64,000 nt of DNA from a virus (Duplodnaviria; Caudoviricetes): the IMG/VR virus record IMGVR_UViG_3300037189_030782, one strand, 5' to 3'. A model generated the notes under the pieces. It was not told where the DNA came from. It was given only the letters and a program-made list of their open reading frames with translations, and searched no databases. A program made the position numbers and the translations under genes. This document shows, piece by piece, positions 62,666-64,000 of the stretch. Position 1 is the stretch's first letter; each line of letters starts with the position of its first letter.

Positions 62666-63999
62666 TCTTCAAACTGTTCAATCAAATCAACATCAGAGAC
62701 AATCTTATTTTGAGTCTCGCCTTTTCTCAAAACAACAACTCTTATGTCATCTTTTTTGTCTTCATACTTCTTAATGTTTTTCCACTTAGCACTCCCCCTG
62801 TTACTTTCTAAAGTAAAAGTAGAAAAGCCATTAGAAGGTGGCTGAAGCCGTATCCTAAGTAAGTTATCCTGTGACAATTCTTCAGACCAACGATCCCAAT
62901 CATCCTGCCAAGCTATTATCTTGTTTTCTTGGCCCGTGACGTCTTCAGCTGACACTTGGAAGTATACAGTGCCTTTTTTGCTTTTTGTTTTATTCGCTTT
63001 TATTACACGAATTTCAACTGGGCCAACTGATACATCCGTAGAATTTCTAAGGTTATCAAAAGTCAAATTACCACTATAATCTGGACTATTTTCTAAGGGA
63101 TGTATCCATGAAAAACCGTAATACTTATTTTCACAGGCAATAATATCTTGCAGTTCTAACTCTAAATCCTCATTCACGAACTGTTCATGAGGATTAAAGT
63201 TATTCAAAGTTGGCTTGTCGCCTTCTACCTTTTTGTGCTTCTCTATAGTTCTTTTTCTTTTTTGGATAAGCTTTTTAAGCTCATTCAGCTTATTAAAAGA
63301 CTTTTTAATCTTCGTCTTTTTGTAGTACTTAATAACTTCTTTTTCTATCGTAAGTCCACAATCTAATTCAACTGTGCCGTTAACTGTTTTTGAAACTGCT
63401 CCTTCTTCATCAGCAGAGCATTCTGTATTTGTTTCAACATAACGCTCTTCATCAACGTCATATCTTGACCAATGGCCAGAACCAATCGCCTCTTCTACCT
63501 CAGCCAAAGACATAGTTTCATCTGGGAATAAATCCTTAAACTCACTCTCATACCTTTCCAAAGAAAGCAAAAATCTTTTTTTCTTGTCTTCGTTCTTCTT
63601 TACAAAGTTTTTATAAACTTCAGAGAACTTCCAAAGAGTTATGGGATCTCTTTCTTGGAAACATCTCAATCCAATCAAAGGCTTAAGAACGCTGGCGTCT
63701 GTGCCGAATCTGTCGAGAAAATCTTCAAAGTTTTTATAAGGCTGTTGGTCAACTATCCTTTGAGAAGGACCCTCGCCAATCCCCTTTACATTTGAAAGAC
63801 CAAAATATATTTCATCACCTTGAAGATCAAAGTCTACTCTAGAATTATTGACGTCAACTCTAACCACATTAACACCATGAATTTTAGCTTCCATCTTATA
63901 ATCTTTTATCTTGTCGCTTAAATTCTCACAACTTAATATGCTTGTATAGAACTCATGCGGATAATGAGATTTTAGGTAAAGTAAATAAGCAGAAATGTA
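62644..63999 (-). CDS. dnaE: DNA polymerase III alpha subunit, C-terminal part (5'-truncated by the window edge)
   Basis: Frame is open to the window end: AYLLYLKSHYPHEFY...V.VDVNNS, HhH FGLSNVKGIG, HPL, C-terminal OB fold. Confidence 0.9.
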   Translation of the reverse strand, partial: YISAYLLYLKSHYPHEFYTSILSCENLSDKIKDYKMEAKIHGVNVVRVDVNNSRVDFDLQGDEIYFGLSNVKGIGEGPSQRIVDQQPYKNFEDFLDRFGTDASVLKPLIGLRCFQERDPITLWKFSEVYKNFVKKNEDKKKRFLLSLERYESEFKDLFPDETMSLAEVEEAIGSGHWSRYDVDEERYVETNTECSADEEGAVSKTVNGTVELDCGLTIEKEVIKYYKKTKIKKSFNKLNELKKLIQKRKRTIEKHKKVEGDKPTLNNFNPHEQFVNEDLELELQDIIACENKYYGFSWIHPLENSPDYSGNLTFDNLRNSTDVSVGPVEIRVIKANKTKSKKGTVYFQVSAEDVTGQENKIIAWQDDWDRWSEELSQDNLLRIRLQPPSNGFSTFTLESNRGSAKWKNIKKYEDKKDDIRVVVLRKGETQNKIVSDVDLIEQFEECIMEKK

Positions 64000-64000
64000 T

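Noticed and set aside
62644-63999. Intein in DnaE
   Set aside because: No C/S-start block, no HN-C/S/T junction and no LAGLIDADG motifs in the visible part.
1-64000. Alternative genetic code (TAG or TGA recoding)
   Set aside because: Conserved genes are full length and densely packed under code 11, and all three stops end coupled genes.
1-64000. tRNA genes, rRNA, DGR or retron, IS elements
   Set aside because: No cloverleaf with a T-loop was seen in the intergenic gaps inspected, and no reverse transcriptase or transposase ORF was recognised. A tRNAscan-SE or ARAGORN run would be needed to exclude tRNAs formally.

Overview
Phage DNA, most likely large or jumbo tailed phage; no rRNA, tRNA, CRISPR array or IS element was recognised. 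The window has two compositionally different blocks. Block A (1 to ~15,575) is mostly + strand and about 40-50% GC in hand-sampled lines. It carries a DNA primase and a contractile-tail module: hub, tape measure, tube initiator, gp53-like, gp5-like spike, gp25 and gp6. Block B (~15,620 to 64,000) is mostly - strand and about 30-38% GC in sampled lines. It is an accessory and replication region with CsrA, an RNAP alpha-CTD homologue, a sigma region-2-only protein, IF3, bS21, peptide deformylase, DnaJ, GroES, PhoH, two ligase-fold proteins, glycosyltransferases, an RmlB-like dehydratase, a TPP-dependent keto-acid decarboxylase, an aldehyde dehydrogenase and a partial DnaE. The blocks meet exactly at a perfect (TCATCC)7 microsatellite inside one fused ORF, which suggests an assembly chimera or a repeat-mediated recombinant. 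The top finding is a SAM-I/IV-type riboswitch between a sigma70 promoter and an unknown 68-aa gene with its own terminator. Other leading observations are a decarboxylase plus ALDH pathway, a family of proteins with a T4 capsid-targeting-like N-terminus, a second structured ncRNA candidate, and several genes hinting at a Planctomycetota host (inference). All family calls come from motif recognition by eye; no database searches were run.
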